Assembly (NCBI GenBank): GCA_030390025.1
Contig: CM059432.1
Span: 31,870,001-31,934,000 of the forward strand
Direction: 5' to 3'
Origin: Squalus acanthias
Lineage: Eukaryota
Length of the DNA: 64,000 nucleotides
Numbering within the stretch: the stretch's first letter is position 1; every line of letters starts with the position of its first letter. A program made the translations under genes and the position numbers. A model generated the notes under the pieces. It saw only the letters and a list, made by a program, of their open reading frames with translations. It ran no database searches and had not been told where the DNA came from. Of this stretch, positions 25,018 to 38,515 are shown in pieces.

Positions 25018-28000
25018 CATAACATAAGAACTAGGAGCAGGAGTAGGCCATTCGGCCCTTCGAGCCTGCTCCGCCATTCAGTGAGATCATGGCTGATCTT
25101 CTGCCTCAACTCCATTCACCGGCCCTATCACCATATCCCTTGATGCCCTTACTAGTCAGAAATCTATCGACTTCTGTTTTGAATATACCCAATGACTGAG
25201 CCTCCACAGCCCTCTGGGGTAGAGAATTCCAAAGATTCACCACCCTCTGTGAAGAAATTTCTCATTTCAGTCCTCAATGGCCTACCCTTTATCCTGAGGC
25301 TGTGGCCCCTGGTTCTAGACTCCCCAGCCAAGGGAAACATTCTCCCAGCATCCACCCTATCAAGCCCTGTAATAATTTTGTATGCTTCAATGAGATCCCC
25401 TCTCATTCTTCTGAATTCAAGAGAATACAGACCTAGTTTACTCAATCTCTTCTCATACGACAGTCCCGCCATCCCAGGGATCGATCTCGTGAACCTTCGT
25501 TGCACTCCCTCTATGGCAAGTATATCCTTCCTTAGGTAAGGAGACCAAAATTGTACACAGTACTCCAGGTGTGGTCTCACCAAGGCCCTACATAATTGGA
25601 GTAAGACTTCTTTACTCCTGTACTCAAATCCACTTGTAATGAAGGCCAGCATATCATTTGCTTCCTACTTGCTTGCTGCACCTGCACATTCACTTTCAGT
25701 GACTCATGTACAAGGACACCCAGGTCCCTTTGAGCATCTGCATTCCCCAATCTTTCACCATTTAGGAAATACTCTGCCTTTTTGTTTTTTCTACCAAAGT
25801 GGATAACTTCACATTTATCCACATTATATTCCATCTGCCATGTTCTCGCCCACTCACTGAGCCTGTCGAGATCCCCTTGAAGCCTCTTCACATCCTCTTT
25901 GCAACTGACACTGCCACCTAGCTTTGTATCATCAGCAAATTTGGAAATGTTACATTTACTCCCCTCATCCAAATCATTGATATAGATTGTGAATAGCTGG
26001 GGCCCAAGCACCGATCCTTGCGGTACCCCACTAGTCACAGCCTGCCATCCTGAAAAAGATCCATTTATCCCTACTCTTTGTTTTCTGTCTGTTAACCAAT
26101 CCTCAATCCATGCTAGTATATTACCCCCAATTCCATGTGCCCTAATTTTGTTCACCAACCTCTTGTGTGGGACCTTATCGAAGACCTTCTGAAAATCCAG
26201 ATACACCACATCTACCGGTTCCCCTTTGTCTACTCCACTAGTTACATCCTCAAAGAACTCCAATCGGTTTGTCAAACAGGATTTCCCTTTCATCAATCCA
26301 TGTTGACTCTGTCCAATCTTACTATTAGTTTCTAAGTGCCCAGTTATTGCATCCTTTAATAGATTCCAGCATTTTCCCAACTACTGATGTGAGGTTAACA
26401 GGTCTGTAGTTCCCCGTTTTCTCTCTCCCTCCTTTCTTAAATAGCGAGGTTACATTTGCTATCCTCCAATCTGTAGGAACTGTTCCAGAATCTATAGAAT
26501 TTTGGAAGATGACAACCAATGTGTCCATTATTCCAATGGCCACCTCTTTCAAAACCCCAGGGTGTAGGTCATCCGGTCCTTGGGATTTATCAACTTTTAG
26601 TCCCATTTAATTTTGCTAGTACTGGTTTTTTGCTAATTTCTTTAAGTTCCTCATTCTCGTCGCACCCTTGGTTTTCTCTTATTTCTGGGAGGTTTTTTGT
26701 GTCTTCCTCTGAAGACCGAAACAAAGTATTTATTTAATTTCTCCGCCATTTCCTCATTATAAATTCTCCCGTCTCTGACTGTAAAGGACCTACATTTACC
26801 TTTGCCTGTCTTTTCCTTTTCACATACCTATAGAAGCTTTTACAATCCGTTTTTATATTTTTCGCTAGTTTGTGCTCATATTCCATTTTCCCTTTCTTTA
26901 TCAATTTCTTGGTCCCCCTTTGCTGATTTCTAAAAAGATCCCAATCCTCAGGCTGACTGCTTTTTCTGGCAACTTTATAAGCTTCCTCCTTTGACTTAAT
27001 ACTAGCTTTAATTTCTTTTGTTAGCCATGGTTGGATCACTTTTCCTTTTGGGTTTTTATGCCCTAGAGGAATATATGTTTGTTGCAAATTATGCTTTATT
27101 TCCTTGAATGTTAGCCATTGTATGTCCACCTTCATACCTTTTAATGTAGTCTCCCAATCTACCATGGACAACTTGTCCCTCATACCCTTGTAGTTTCCTC
27201 TGTTTAGATTGAAGACCTTAGTTTCAGATTGGACTACATCACAAACTTAATGTAAAATTCAATCATATTATGGTTACTTGTCCCTAAAGGCCCCTTTACC
27301 ACAAGATTATTGATTAGCCCTTTCTCATTACACAGTATCAGATCCAGAATAGCCTGTTCCCTGGTTGGTTCCTCCACATACTGATCCAGGAAACCATCTC
27401 GCATGCATTCCAAGAATTCGTCCTCCATACCATTAGTGGTAATTTGATTTGCCCAGTCAATATGGAGATTAAAGTCTCCCATGATTACCGTATTGCCCTT
27501 GTTACATGCACTTCTAATCTCTTGATTGATACTGTGCCCTACATTACCATTGCTGTTTGGTGGCCTATACACAGCTCCCACCAATGTTTTCCGCCCTTTG
27601 CTGTTTCTTAGCTCCACCCAAACTGATTCCAGTTCTACATCACGATCTGCCAAGCCAAGATCTTTTATCTCTACCGTACCGATTTCATCCCTTATTAACA
27701 GCGCTACGCCACTTCCTTTTCCTTTTTGTCTGTCCTTCCTAAATGTTGAGTACCCTGGAACATTCAGTTCCCAGCTTTGGTTACCCTGCAACCGTGTCTC
27801 TGTAATGGCAATTACATCATACCCATTTACTTCTATTAGTGCCATTAATTCATCCACCTTGTTGCGAATGCTACGTGCATTTAGATAAAGTGCCTTCAAC
27901 TTTGCCTGTTTAATATTTTTCTGCACTTTGACCCTTTTTACTGTTGGCCTTTGTTTCTGCTCCCTACTAATTTTGCTGATTACTTTTCTAACTTGCACTT

Positions 28001-29253
28001 CAGCTTTGTTTCTCTCTGTTCTGGGCCCACACTTAGGTTCCCAGCCCCCTGACAAACTAGTTTAAATCCTTCCCAACAGCACTAGCAAGCCCCCCTGCGA
28101 GGATGTTGGTCCCGCTTCTGCCGAGGTGTAACCCATCCAGCTTGTACAGGTCCCACCTTCCCCAGAATCGGTCCCAATGCCTCAGGAATTTAAATCCCTC
28201 CCTCCTACACCATCTCTCCAGCCACGCATTCATCTGGTCTATTCTCCTATTTCTGCTCTCGCTAGCATGTGGCACTGGGAGTAATCCTGAGATTACTACC
28301 TTTGAGGTCCTGCTTTTTAATTTATTTCCTAGCTCCCTATATTCTGCTTGCAGGACCTTGTCCCTCTTTCTACCCATGTCGTTGGTACCGATATGGACCA
28401 CGACCTCTGGCTGTTCACCCTCCCCCTTCAGAATGTCCTGCAGCCGCTCAGTGACATCCTTGATCCTGGCACCAGGGAGGCAACATACCATCCTGGAGTC
28501 ACGTCTGCGGCCACAGAAACGTCTATCTGTTCCCCTTACGATAGAATCCCCTATCACTATTGCTCTCCGACTCTTTTTCCTCCCCTCCTGTGCAGCTGAG
28601 TCACTCATAGTGCCACGGATTTGGCTCTTGCTGCATTCCCCTGAGAAACCATCTCCCCCAGCAGTATCCAAAACGAAAAATCTGTTGGAGAGGGAGATTG
28701 ACCTGGGGACTCCTGCACTACCTTCCTAGTTCTTTTACTCTGGTGGTTACCCATTCCCTGTCTGCCTGTGCACTCTTTACCTGCGGTGTGATCACCTTGT
28801 TAAACGTCCTATCCACGAAGATCTCAGCCTCGTGGATGCTCCACAGTGACTCCAGCCGCAGCTCCAGCTACGAAACGTGGATTTCGAGTAGCTGCAGCTG
28901 GAGACACTTCCTGCACACGTGTTCGCCCTGGACACCGAAAGTGTCCCTGACTTCCCACATAGCACAGGAGGAGCATTCCACGCTGCCAAGCTGCCCTGCC
29001 ATGTCCTACCCTTAATTTACTCCCTTTACTTCCTTTAAATTAAAGAATATTAAATACACTAGGGACCTTACTTCACTTTAAACACTACTTACTCTAAACT
29101 AGAGACCTTACTTTTACTTTAACGACTGGACTGTAAAAATACTCACCAGGTCCTACTCACCAATCAGCTCCTTCCCTTGTGCCAACGTCATTTTTAATCT
29201 CTGACGTCACTTTTGAATGTTGCCTGTTGAGGTCTGCTCTCACTGCTGCTCCC
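25018..29253 (-). mobile_element. Near full-length CR1 LINE (5'UTR, ORF1 zinc finger + SGNH esterase, ORF2 endonuclease + RT), frameshifted
   Basis: ORF1: CSSC/CRKC finger near 28880-28990 and GDS...PGA...HIGTND...DGLHL (28057-28671). ORF2: YLNARSIRNK, ITET, VYRPPN, MGDFN, LDLIL, then RT motifs [18 protein letters not shown]. Inserted into an L2 tail (24988-25017 / 29254 onward). Confidence 0.95.
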
Positions 29254-31950
29254 AATGTAATCAAACATCCCACGGTGCTTTACAGGAGCGTTAACAAAAA
29301 TAAAAATTTGACACCGAGCCATATAAGATATTAGGCCAGGTGACCAAAAGCTTGATCAGAGGTAGGTTTTAAGGAGCAACTTAAAGGAGAAAAGAGAACT
29401 GGAAAGGCAGAGAGACCTAGTCAGCTGAAGGCACGGCCACCAATGGTGGAGCAATTAAAATTGGGAATGTTCAAAAGGCTAGAATAGGCAGAGTGCAGAG
29501 ATTTAGGGAGATTATAGGGCTAAAGGAGATTAGAGATAATAAGGGGCGAGGCCATGGAGGGACTTAAAAACAAGGATGAGAATTTTACAATCGAGGCGTT
29601 GCTTAACTGGGGGCCAATGTAGGTCAACGAGTACAGGGGAGATGGGTGAGCGGGACTTGCTGTGAGTTAGGACATGGGCGACAGAGTTTTGGATCACCAA
29701 GTTTATGGAGGCTAGAACTAGGGAGGCATGGATGAGGGTTTCGGCAACAGATAAGTTGAGGCAAGGGCGGAGACGGGCGATATTACGAAGATGGAAATGG
29801 GCGGTCTTAGTGATGGAATGGATATGAGGTAGGAAGCTCAATTTGTGATCCAATATGACACCAAGGTTGTGAACAGACTTGTCAGCCTCACAGTTGCCAG
29901 GGAGAGGGATCAAATCGATGGCAAGGGAATGGAGTTTCTGGCATGAACCAAAGACAATGGCTTCGGTTTTCCCGATATTTAACTGGAGGAGGTTTCTATT
30001 CATTCAGTGCTGAATGTCGGACAAGCAGTCTGACAGTATAGAGATAGTGAAGAGTTCGAGAGGTGGAGGAGAGGGAGAGCTGGGTATCCTCAGCGTACAT
30101 GTGAAAACTCACACTGTCACCGGATGAAAGGGCCAAGGATAGATCCTTGGGGGGCACCAGAGGTGATGGTGCGGGAGCGGGAAGAGAAGCCATTGCAGGT
30201 GATTCTATGGCTATGGCTGGAAAGATAGGAATGGAACCAGTCGAGTGCAGTTCCATCCAGCTGGACGATGGTGGGGAGGCTTTGGAGGACGATGGAGTGG
30301 TCAACCGTGTCTAAGGCAGCAGACCGGTCAAGAAGGACGAGAAGGTATAGGTTACCTTTGTCATGGTCAATTAGGATGTCATTTGTGACCTTGGTAAGAG
30401 CCGTTTCGATACTGTGGCGGGGAAGCCTGATTAGAGGGATTCAAATAAGGAGTTCTGGGAAAGATGGGCACGGATTTGAGAGGCGACAACACGTTCAAGA
30501 ACTTTGGAAAGGAAAGGGAGGTTGGAAATGGGGCAATAGTTTGCAAGGACAGAGGGGGTCAAGGGTTAGTTTTTTGAAGAGAAGGGTGATGACGGCAGAT
30601 TTGAAGGAGAGGGGGACAATACCCGAGGAGAAAGCTGTTAACAATACCCACTAACATGGAGCCAGGAAGAGAAGTTGGGTGGTCAGCAATTTAGTAGGAA
30701 TAGGGTCAAGAGAGCAGGAAGTCGGTCTCATAGACGAGATGAGCTTTGAAAGGGCAAGATGGGAGTAAGGAGAGAAGCTAGAGAAATATATGCAAATTTA
30801 GGGTTATAGCAGGGGGAAAAGAGAGAGGAAGCAAGGTCCGGTGGGCTAAGGGAAGAGAAGGAAGTAGCAGAGGCAGTTGAATGGATGTTCTCAATCCTTT
30901 TTAACAAGGTCCATGAGCTCCTCTCATTTACTGTTGGAGGTGAGGGAGGAGGAGGCAGGGGAGGGTGGTTTGAGAAGATGGTTAGTGGTGAAGGGAAGCC
31001 TGGTGTCATCTTTGCCTTCCTGGATGATCTTGGAGTAGTGGGCAGTTTTAGTGATGGAGTGTAAGTTTGGACAGGGGTGGATGGATGGTTAGACAAGTTG
31101 TCCACCAAAGATGTTCACGTGTGCATCCCTTGGACTTAAGGGAGCAGAGATGATGGCTATACCAGGGGGAACGACTAGAAGAGTGTTATGATTTTAGTGG
31201 AAACAAGGGCATCAAAGGTGGTGGCGAGGGTGCGATTTAGCAATTCAGTAGCTCGAAATGTCATGAAGAATTGTAGGCGAAAGGCTAGATATTTGGAGTG
31301 GTAAGGGACTTGGGGGAGAGTTTTTTCCAGGGCGGACACAAAGAAGTGAGGTTGGTAGGGGGAAGGGGAACATGGGTAGAGAGTGATATAAGGAAATGGT
31401 CAGAGATTGCCTTATCGGTGATAGTTATGGTGGGGATAGCGAGGTCATGTGAGATGATATCATCGCGGGTGTGACTATGTATATGGGTGGATGAGTTTAC
31501 ATGGAGGGAGAGATTAAGGGAGGAAAGGAGGGCAGTGAACTCTGAGGAGAGGGAACAAGAAGAGTTGAGGTGGAGGTTGAAATCACCGAGGATGGGAAGT
31601 CGCTCGGTGCAGAGGGAGGAAAGCAGAGGAAAATTGCCGTGGTATTTGGGTGGGTGGTACAGAACAAGGATTTTAAGAGACACGTGAGGGGTAGAACAAG
31701 GTGAGATGCTTGAAGGAGAAGAAATTGCTGGAGGAGTAGGGAGACAGATCAAGGTGTGATTTAGAGATAAGGGCTACACCATCACTGTGGCGGTTTGGGC
31801 GTGGCAAATGGTGGAAAGTATAACCAGGTGGGGAAGCTTCATTAAGCGGAAAGGTGTCATCACCCTCAGCCATGTCTTCGTCAATGCCATGATGTCAGTT
31901 TGATCGTCTACAATAAGGTCATCGATGGCAAGGCCCTTATTTACAAGTGA
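29254..31950 (-). mobile_element. L2 LINE, degenerate endonuclease + RT
   Basis: PPGYTFHHLPR...GVALI, LYHPPK, ILGDFNLH, SDHFLI, HMYAEDTQL, LQLNIGKTEAIVFG, LHWPPVKQRL...LHGLAPYYL. Confidence 0.85.
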
Positions 31951-31994
31951 CTACATTTTGACGGGAAATGCGGAGCGGGACGATGATGCCTCAT

Positions 31995-32315
31995 TTACAG
32001 ACCAAAGATCAAGTAAATAAGGAGAAATTGTTTCTTCTAGCTGCAGGATCAGTAACCAGAAGACACAGAATTAAGATAATTGATAAAAGAACCAGAGGGA
32101 AGATGAGGAGAATTGTGTTTACACAGCGAGTTATGAATGCCAGAAAGGGTGGTGGAAGCAGATTCATTAGTAACTTTCAAAACAGAATTGGATATATGCT
32201 TGAAAAGCAAAAATTTACTTGGCTATGGGGCAAGAGCAGGGAGTGGGACTAATTGGATTGCTCTTTCAAAGAGCCGGCACAGGCACGATGGACTGAATAG
32301 TTGTATGATTCTATA
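31995..32315 (+). mobile_element. CR1 3' end
   Basis: EKLFLLAAGSVTRRHRIK...FTQRV. tatgattctat tail. Confidence 0.75.
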
Positions 32316-34096
32316 AAACGTGGGATCTTTCTGATCTCTGTGGCTCAGTGGTGAGAAATGTGGGAATGGCTATAAATGATTGTTGATTATTGCATATTTT
32401 AATGCCTCAAACTCAGTGCCACTCAGATTCTCAATATTCTTTGCTATTTCAGTTCTCGTGAACCCATAAAAACCACTTCCACTTTTTTATACAAATATAA
32501 AAGTATTTTTTCATTGAATAGTAAACTGTAATCCACAGTTGTAAATGCAGTACACTTTCTACAGAGGTAAAGTGTTATTGAGCATTCTGGAACAATGCAT
32601 TAGTGCCCACTCAGTGTTCTACATTCGTCAAATGTGACCTTGGCGTAGGCAGTGTGATTATCAGCCCTGCCCAATGGATCAAAGTCGAGGTTCCACTTCA
32701 GTCTATTTATTGTCTTTTATTTATTAGTGAATGTGATGTGATGGTCTTTAATGCTCTTTCTAACCTCCTTTTGTAAACTAGTGTTTAGTGTAAAATGTAG
32801 CTCCCCATTTATACGGAAGTGCCACTCTCAGTATGCTGAAGCAAGGTATGAAAAACTAGGAACAAAGGCAATTTTAGAAGCAGGGGGAAAAATTTTTTTT
32901 TAACAAAGGCTACTTATTGGGCTTAGTTAATCTCAACCTCCACCCCCCACTATCCTGCCTTCTCTGCATATCCCTCAAACCTCTCTCGAATATCTTTACA
33001 CCCTTTGCATCAACAGCCTTCCCTGGTAAAAACTAAAGCACTTGCCTATATTAGAATCTGTTTACTAATCTAGTTCTGACCTAGTTACTCCTACTTGCTA
33101 AATTTTAATTTGCCCCCAGCTTTTGAACCCTTTGTTAGTGTGAACAATTTGCCTGAATCAACTTTATCAATCTTCTGTGTCCATTTAAGTACTACTCTGC
33201 ATCTGTGTGTTTTTAGAATGATTGCAATCCTCTGCGGCTTCAGTAAAAGGAATATCAAACATACAATCAGCTGCAGCAAACATTAGGAACACCTCCAAAG
33301 TTGTTGTATTTGATTGTGTTTCCAGAATATTAGCCCTACCATATTCGCATTACACTATCTCACTGTTTTAAATGTGTCCAGTGCCTTTGTCTCCTTCTTC
33401 ACAGTACATTTAGAGGAAGAAAATATATGTTGAGTGAGAGTATTTTCAACATGAAGTATTTCCATTGCTTAAGTCGGGTTGAAAGTGATCTCTTGTGGTA
33501 GAAGATATTCGTGTTTTGCAGGTTTGTTTAATGTGTGGAGATCTGCCATCCTCCTTTGCAGGGAGCTATCCTGCTGACTTCAGCTGCATATTCAGCCAGT
33601 ACTGCATTCTGCTGATTACAGTGCCTTGCAATTGATATTCAGGACCAGACAGGATGCTGATCTTTTAAAATTCCCTATGGAGCCACTCACTGATGGTTTC
33701 CAGAGCTGACAGCAGATTTTCTCTCTCTCGAATGGGAAAGAAAAATGCTGAAAGAAGATTGTTAGCCAAGTGTAATTTTTTTATTTCCCCCCCCCCCCCC
33801 CATTCTCAGCCCTTTTGTCCACTTCTCCTTTGAAGGTGCTGATTCATGCTGGAATTCACCTCCACAGGTGGCAGAAGGTCTCTATAATCACCCAAGTGGA
33901 CATTCTTTATGTATGAACCTCAGCAGGCTATCGATCACGGTGCAGGTTATCCTGTCAACACCAGCAGGCTACATTAATTGCCCATCTCTAGTTGCCCTGA
34001 GAAGATGGTGTTGAGTCTCCTCCTAGAAGCAATCATTTATTCGACTGAGTGGCTTGTTAGACCACTGCAGAGGGCATTAACAGTCAACAACATGAT

Positions 34097-34476
34097 GTAG
34101 GAACAGGAGTAGGCCATTCAGCCCCTGAAGCCTGTTCCACCATTCAATTAGATCATGGCTGCTGTGTCTTAACTCCATCTACCAGCCTTGGTTCTGTAAC
34201 CCTTAATACCTTGCCTAACAAAAATCTATCAGTTTTGACATTTTCAATTGACGTAGCCTCAACAACTTTTTGGGGGAGAGATCTAGATTTCCTCTACTTT
34301 GTGTGAAGAAGTGCTTCCTGACATCACCCTTGAATGGCCTAGCTCTAATTTTAAGATTATGCCCCCTTATTCTGGATTCCCCCACCAGAGAAAATAGTTT
34401 CTCTCTCTACCCTATAAGTCCTTTAATCAGCTTAAACACCTCAATTTAATCACCCCTTAATCTTCTATACTCAAGA
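34097..34476 (-). mobile_element. CR1 3' end inserted in a fragment of another LINE 3' region
   Basis: taggaacaggagtaggccattcagccc tail. The flanks resemble the LINE 3' UTR seen at 39880-40130. Confidence 0.7.
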
Positions 34477-35479
34477 GTAGGGTCGCCTGTAGACCAGACC
34501 CAATAGAGATTGTTGAGCCTGTTAGGTTTTTACAGCAATCCAGTAACTTTCATGGTCATGTTTTTCTGGTCTTAGTCGCAAATTACCAGATTTGTTGATT
34601 TCAGTTTCACAATTGATTTGAACACTCGACCTCTAGATATCCTGTCCGGCACCACAACCACAATGTTAACATACCTGATAGCCCTGTGTCATTTGTCTCT
34701 GTTCTGTCAACCTGTAGTCTTGTCTGTGTTCCATCTAGTTTTTTTCCAGCTAGAATTGATATGTCACTTGTGCAGTCTTCCACAACTTCTGGAGTCACTA
34801 ATGTGCCTGGTCATTGAACATGTAGACAATCTATCTGCAGCCATTCGTTGAGTGTGCTCATATTATACCCATTTTACCTCCGTTCTGTCAACCATATATT
34901 TTATGTTTAATTTGTCACCTGATGACCTCACTTGATTGATTTAAGCACACTGCTACAACAATGATCTCAAACATTAAGAACCTGCACGTCTTTCTCAATT
35001 CATGCCCACAATTCATTGCTGTAGAGGACAATGAGACATTGATAAATCTTTGACTGATACTTTTGCTTCTCGGATGTTATCCAGCCTTTTTAAATTGTCC
35101 TGGCTCAATTGATGTCTCCTGAGCTTCCATCAGTCTTTCGGAGCAGTGAAATAACCAAACAAAAGGACCTGTGAAAGCAGAAGTGTCATTTCAAAGTGGA
35201 AACTTTATTTTTCCAATCGCATTTCAGATCCTTAGAGTTAGCATTACAGATGATCACTGCTTGGCAGACCTCTAGCTTTTTCTGATTATCTGGCACAGAT
35301 GATCAAAAATAGACTGCATGTCTTCCCTTGTTCTATATCCCACCTGACTGTAGCAAAACTTTACCATGTTTGGCAAATTTCAGCCAGGCCTCATTTGTTA
35401 ATCAACCAGGTTCAGCAAATCAAGGACCACCCAGTTCTATTTTGCTCTCTCCTAATTGGATTTTTCTTTTTCATTTCAG

Positions 35480-35528
35480 GCCTACAGCGGCAGAATTTTT
35501 AAAACACAAGTTTTTCCAAAAAGCAAAG
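35480..35528 (+). CDS. OXSR1: OXSR1 coding exon (49 nt; end of kinase domain)
   Basis: tttcag/GTAAGC boundaries. Phase completes the split Arg codon AG|G. Encodes (R)PTAAEFLKHKFFQKAK. Confidence 0.93.
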
Positions 35529-36289
35529 GTAAGCTAGCACATCATACAATTCTTGTGTCTGTTCAGTAAACATTGCTTTTGGGGTACAAACATAGATCGG
35601 GTTTTTATTCATTTTTGTAGTTTTAATGGATTTCCTGAATAGATGTAGGAAATGGTATTGACTGTGTGTAATGTAAAGGGGATTATCACAACTAATAGAG
35701 GGGATGGTGGCAGTGTTGCGTTTTAGGCAGTAGTTATACCTACAGATGCTGATCTGACACTGGTTTGTGTTTCAAATAATGACACAGACTCCAGTTATGC
35801 CGACACTCAGATTTGTTGAATTTTTCAGTAATATCAAAGCCAGCACGTGCTCATATGTTGGATGTTGGTGTGTTGATGTGCACATGGTCAAGTGTGTATC
35901 ACAAAGTGGAAACCTAAAAGAAACGTTTGCTTCACCTATGGGACTATAGGTAGAAAAAGCCCCCAGGATTTTCCAAATACTTTGTTGCTGAGCTACAGTG
36001 TTCATGTTCATCTCACAAGCAGCTTAGCTAATGACGTAAATAACCAGAAAATGTGAGTGCTGCTCACCGTGTCACTTGTGAAGATCTCTTGGTACCTGCT
36101 GGTCTGCCTACCGAGGGAGCAAACCTGCAATGGTCAATTGTCCAATGAACAATTGGAGAGTAACTTCTTTACCAGTGTTTGGGGATGGCCTCTTTAGGAT
36201 CAAAGTGACTCCAAGGTAATATGTCTGGCAGTGGATGATTGAATCCTGTTTGCAGACTCAGTAATCCGATACCTAAGCCAGGCAAGTTT

Positions 36290-36595
36290 GCTGTACCCCC
36301 AGACACACGACCCCCACCACCTAGGACAAGGGCAACAGGCGAATAGGAACTCCATCATCTCCAAGTTCCCCTCCAAGTCACACACCATCCCGACTTGGAC
36401 ATATATTGTCGTTCCTTCATCGCCGCTGGGTCAAAATCTTGGAACTCCCTACCTAACGGCACGGTGGGAGTACCTTCACCACACTGGCTGCAGCGCTTCA
36501 AGAAGGCGGCTCACTACCAACAGGGAAACTAGGAACGAGCAATAAATCCTGGCCTTGCTAGCGACACCCATATCCAGAGAATGTATTTTTTTTTA
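36290..36595 (+). mobile_element. 3' end of an unclassified LINE (AATAAA-bearing tail family)
   Basis: ccaagtcacacaccatcc...gcaataaatcctggccttgctagcgacacccatatcc. Same family at ~2612-2686 (with poly-A), 39880-40130, 59110-59270 and 62348-62790. Confidence 0.6.
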
Positions 36596-36660
36596 AGTAC
36601 TCTCGAACTCTTGGACCAGCAAGCCACTAATGGGATCTAGAATAGTAGAAGACGATGAAG

Positions 36661-37142
36661 ACAACAACAGCTTGCATTTATATAGCTCCTTTAACATAGA
36701 GAAACATCCCAAGTCGCTTCCCAGAGGCGCAATCCGACAAAAATAGACGTCAGGACAAAGAAATGGATTTTGGGCGAGTTGACCAAAAGCTTGGCCAAAT
36801 AGATGGGTAGTAAGAAGGGCCTTAAAGGAGGAGAGGGAGGTGGAGGGATTTCAGGAGGCATTCCAGAGCTTAGACAGCTGAAGGCACGGCCGCCAATGGT
36901 GGGGTGGAGGGAGGGGGGATTGCACAAGAGGTCAGAGTGACCAGAACACAGTTCAACAGGGAGGCGTGTAGGGCTGGAGGAGGTTATAAAAATAGGGCGG
37001 GGCAAGGCCATGAAGGGATTAGAACACAAGGATTGGAATTTTCAATTTGAGGTGTTGAGACCCCAAAAACCAGTGTTGGTCGGTAAAGGCAGAGGTAATG
37101 GGTAAGCAGGACTTGGTGTGGGATAGAATATGGACAGCAGTA
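36661..37142 (-). mobile_element. L2 3' fragment
   Basis: acaacaacagcttgcatttatatagc tail. TIGGRAFS and ITSAFTDQHW remnants. Confidence 0.72.
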
Positions 37143-37514
37143 ATGTCTGGTTTAGCATGAGACAGTTTCCAGGGAGGGGGAGTGAAATTAGTGATGATAC
37201 CGATCACTAGAGGGAGGTTGGAATTCTTCCCACTTAGCTCCAGATAAGCCTACAGGCCAATGCACTGACGATTGCATGAACAAGCAACAGAAAATTAACC
37301 AGTGCTCTGTACTGTTGAGCTATGTAGTTTACATGGTTACACTCCTGTACAAGTGTGGATTTCCCAACAATTTGGTTTGGAGACACTAAGCATGGTTTCT
37401 TCACGTGACCAAAAAAGCAACTTCATCTAACATTGTGCTGTGCACTTGAACGTTGGGAGACAGAGTATACTGTTGCCTGAGAACTGGAAAACAGGTGCCT
37501 TTCAATGGCATATT

Positions 37515-37782
37515 GAACAGATTTAAGGTGATTGGCAAAAGAACCAAAGGCGACGTAAGAAAAAACTTTTTTACGCAGCGAGTGGTTGAGATCTGGAATG
37601 CACTGCCTGAAATGGTGGTGGAGGCAGACTCAATCTTATCTTTCAAAAGGGAGTTGGATAAGTATCTGAAGATAAAAAATTTGCAAGGTTACGGGAAAAG
37701 GGCAGGGGAATGGGACTAGCTGAGAGCCGGCACGGGCTTGACGGGACGAATGGCCTTCTGTGCTGTAATCATTCTGATTCTA
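37515..37782 (+). mobile_element. CR1 3' end
   Basis: RFKVIGKRTKGDVRKNFFTQRVVEIWNALP...FKRELDKYL. Confidence 0.8.
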
Positions 37783-38515
37783 ATTACAGGTTTCAGTCTC
37801 CCCACTTTAATGCATTATGAATTCAGATAATCTATTTTATTCTGGAATTTCTTGCCATGTCGACATTGCTGTGTGCTACTTGTATTTTGGGGCACTGGGG
37901 GAGGGGATGTGGTGGAGGCGGGGTGTACAGTATCTCCGATCACTCCTGTAAGTGTGCCCTTGCTTTCTCTGGCCCGGAATTTTTTTTTACTTGCCCAAAT
38001 ATCTAGGTAAATTTGTAACATGCCTAAGGATCAGAGAAACCTCCACATTATTTCTGCTTAGCTGATTTTGTATGTGCTCTCATGATCTTCCTTGACCTTG
38101 GAAGGTGGCTAATTAAACATTTCATTAGACTGCCAAATAGATTTATTAAACAGTAAAAGAATAAACAAACAGCAGTGACGCACTAAATTTTAGTAGGTTT
38201 TGAGTTCCATAATCTCAATGTAAATAGAAGATAACCTAGTCACAATTGCTGCGCTAAACTATAATGTCTTATAAATAAGAATATAGAGTACAATATGAAG
38301 AAGTCATGATAAATTAATATAAGGCAATCGTAAGACCATATTTAGAGTATTGTGTGCAATTTTGGGAACCTCATCATAGAAAGGATAGAAAAGCCAAAGA
38401 GCATATAGTGTAGAATCTCCAGGGTGATGCTAGGGATGAGGAAGTCAACTTATGAGGATAAATTCAAGTTCTGAGACTATTTCCATTGGGATAAAAAAAA
38501 GTTAAATAGAGATTG

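Noticed and set aside
28057..28671. Stand-alone SGNH/GDSL esterase gene
   Set aside because: This is the known esterase domain of CR1 ORF1, in its normal position upstream of ORF2.
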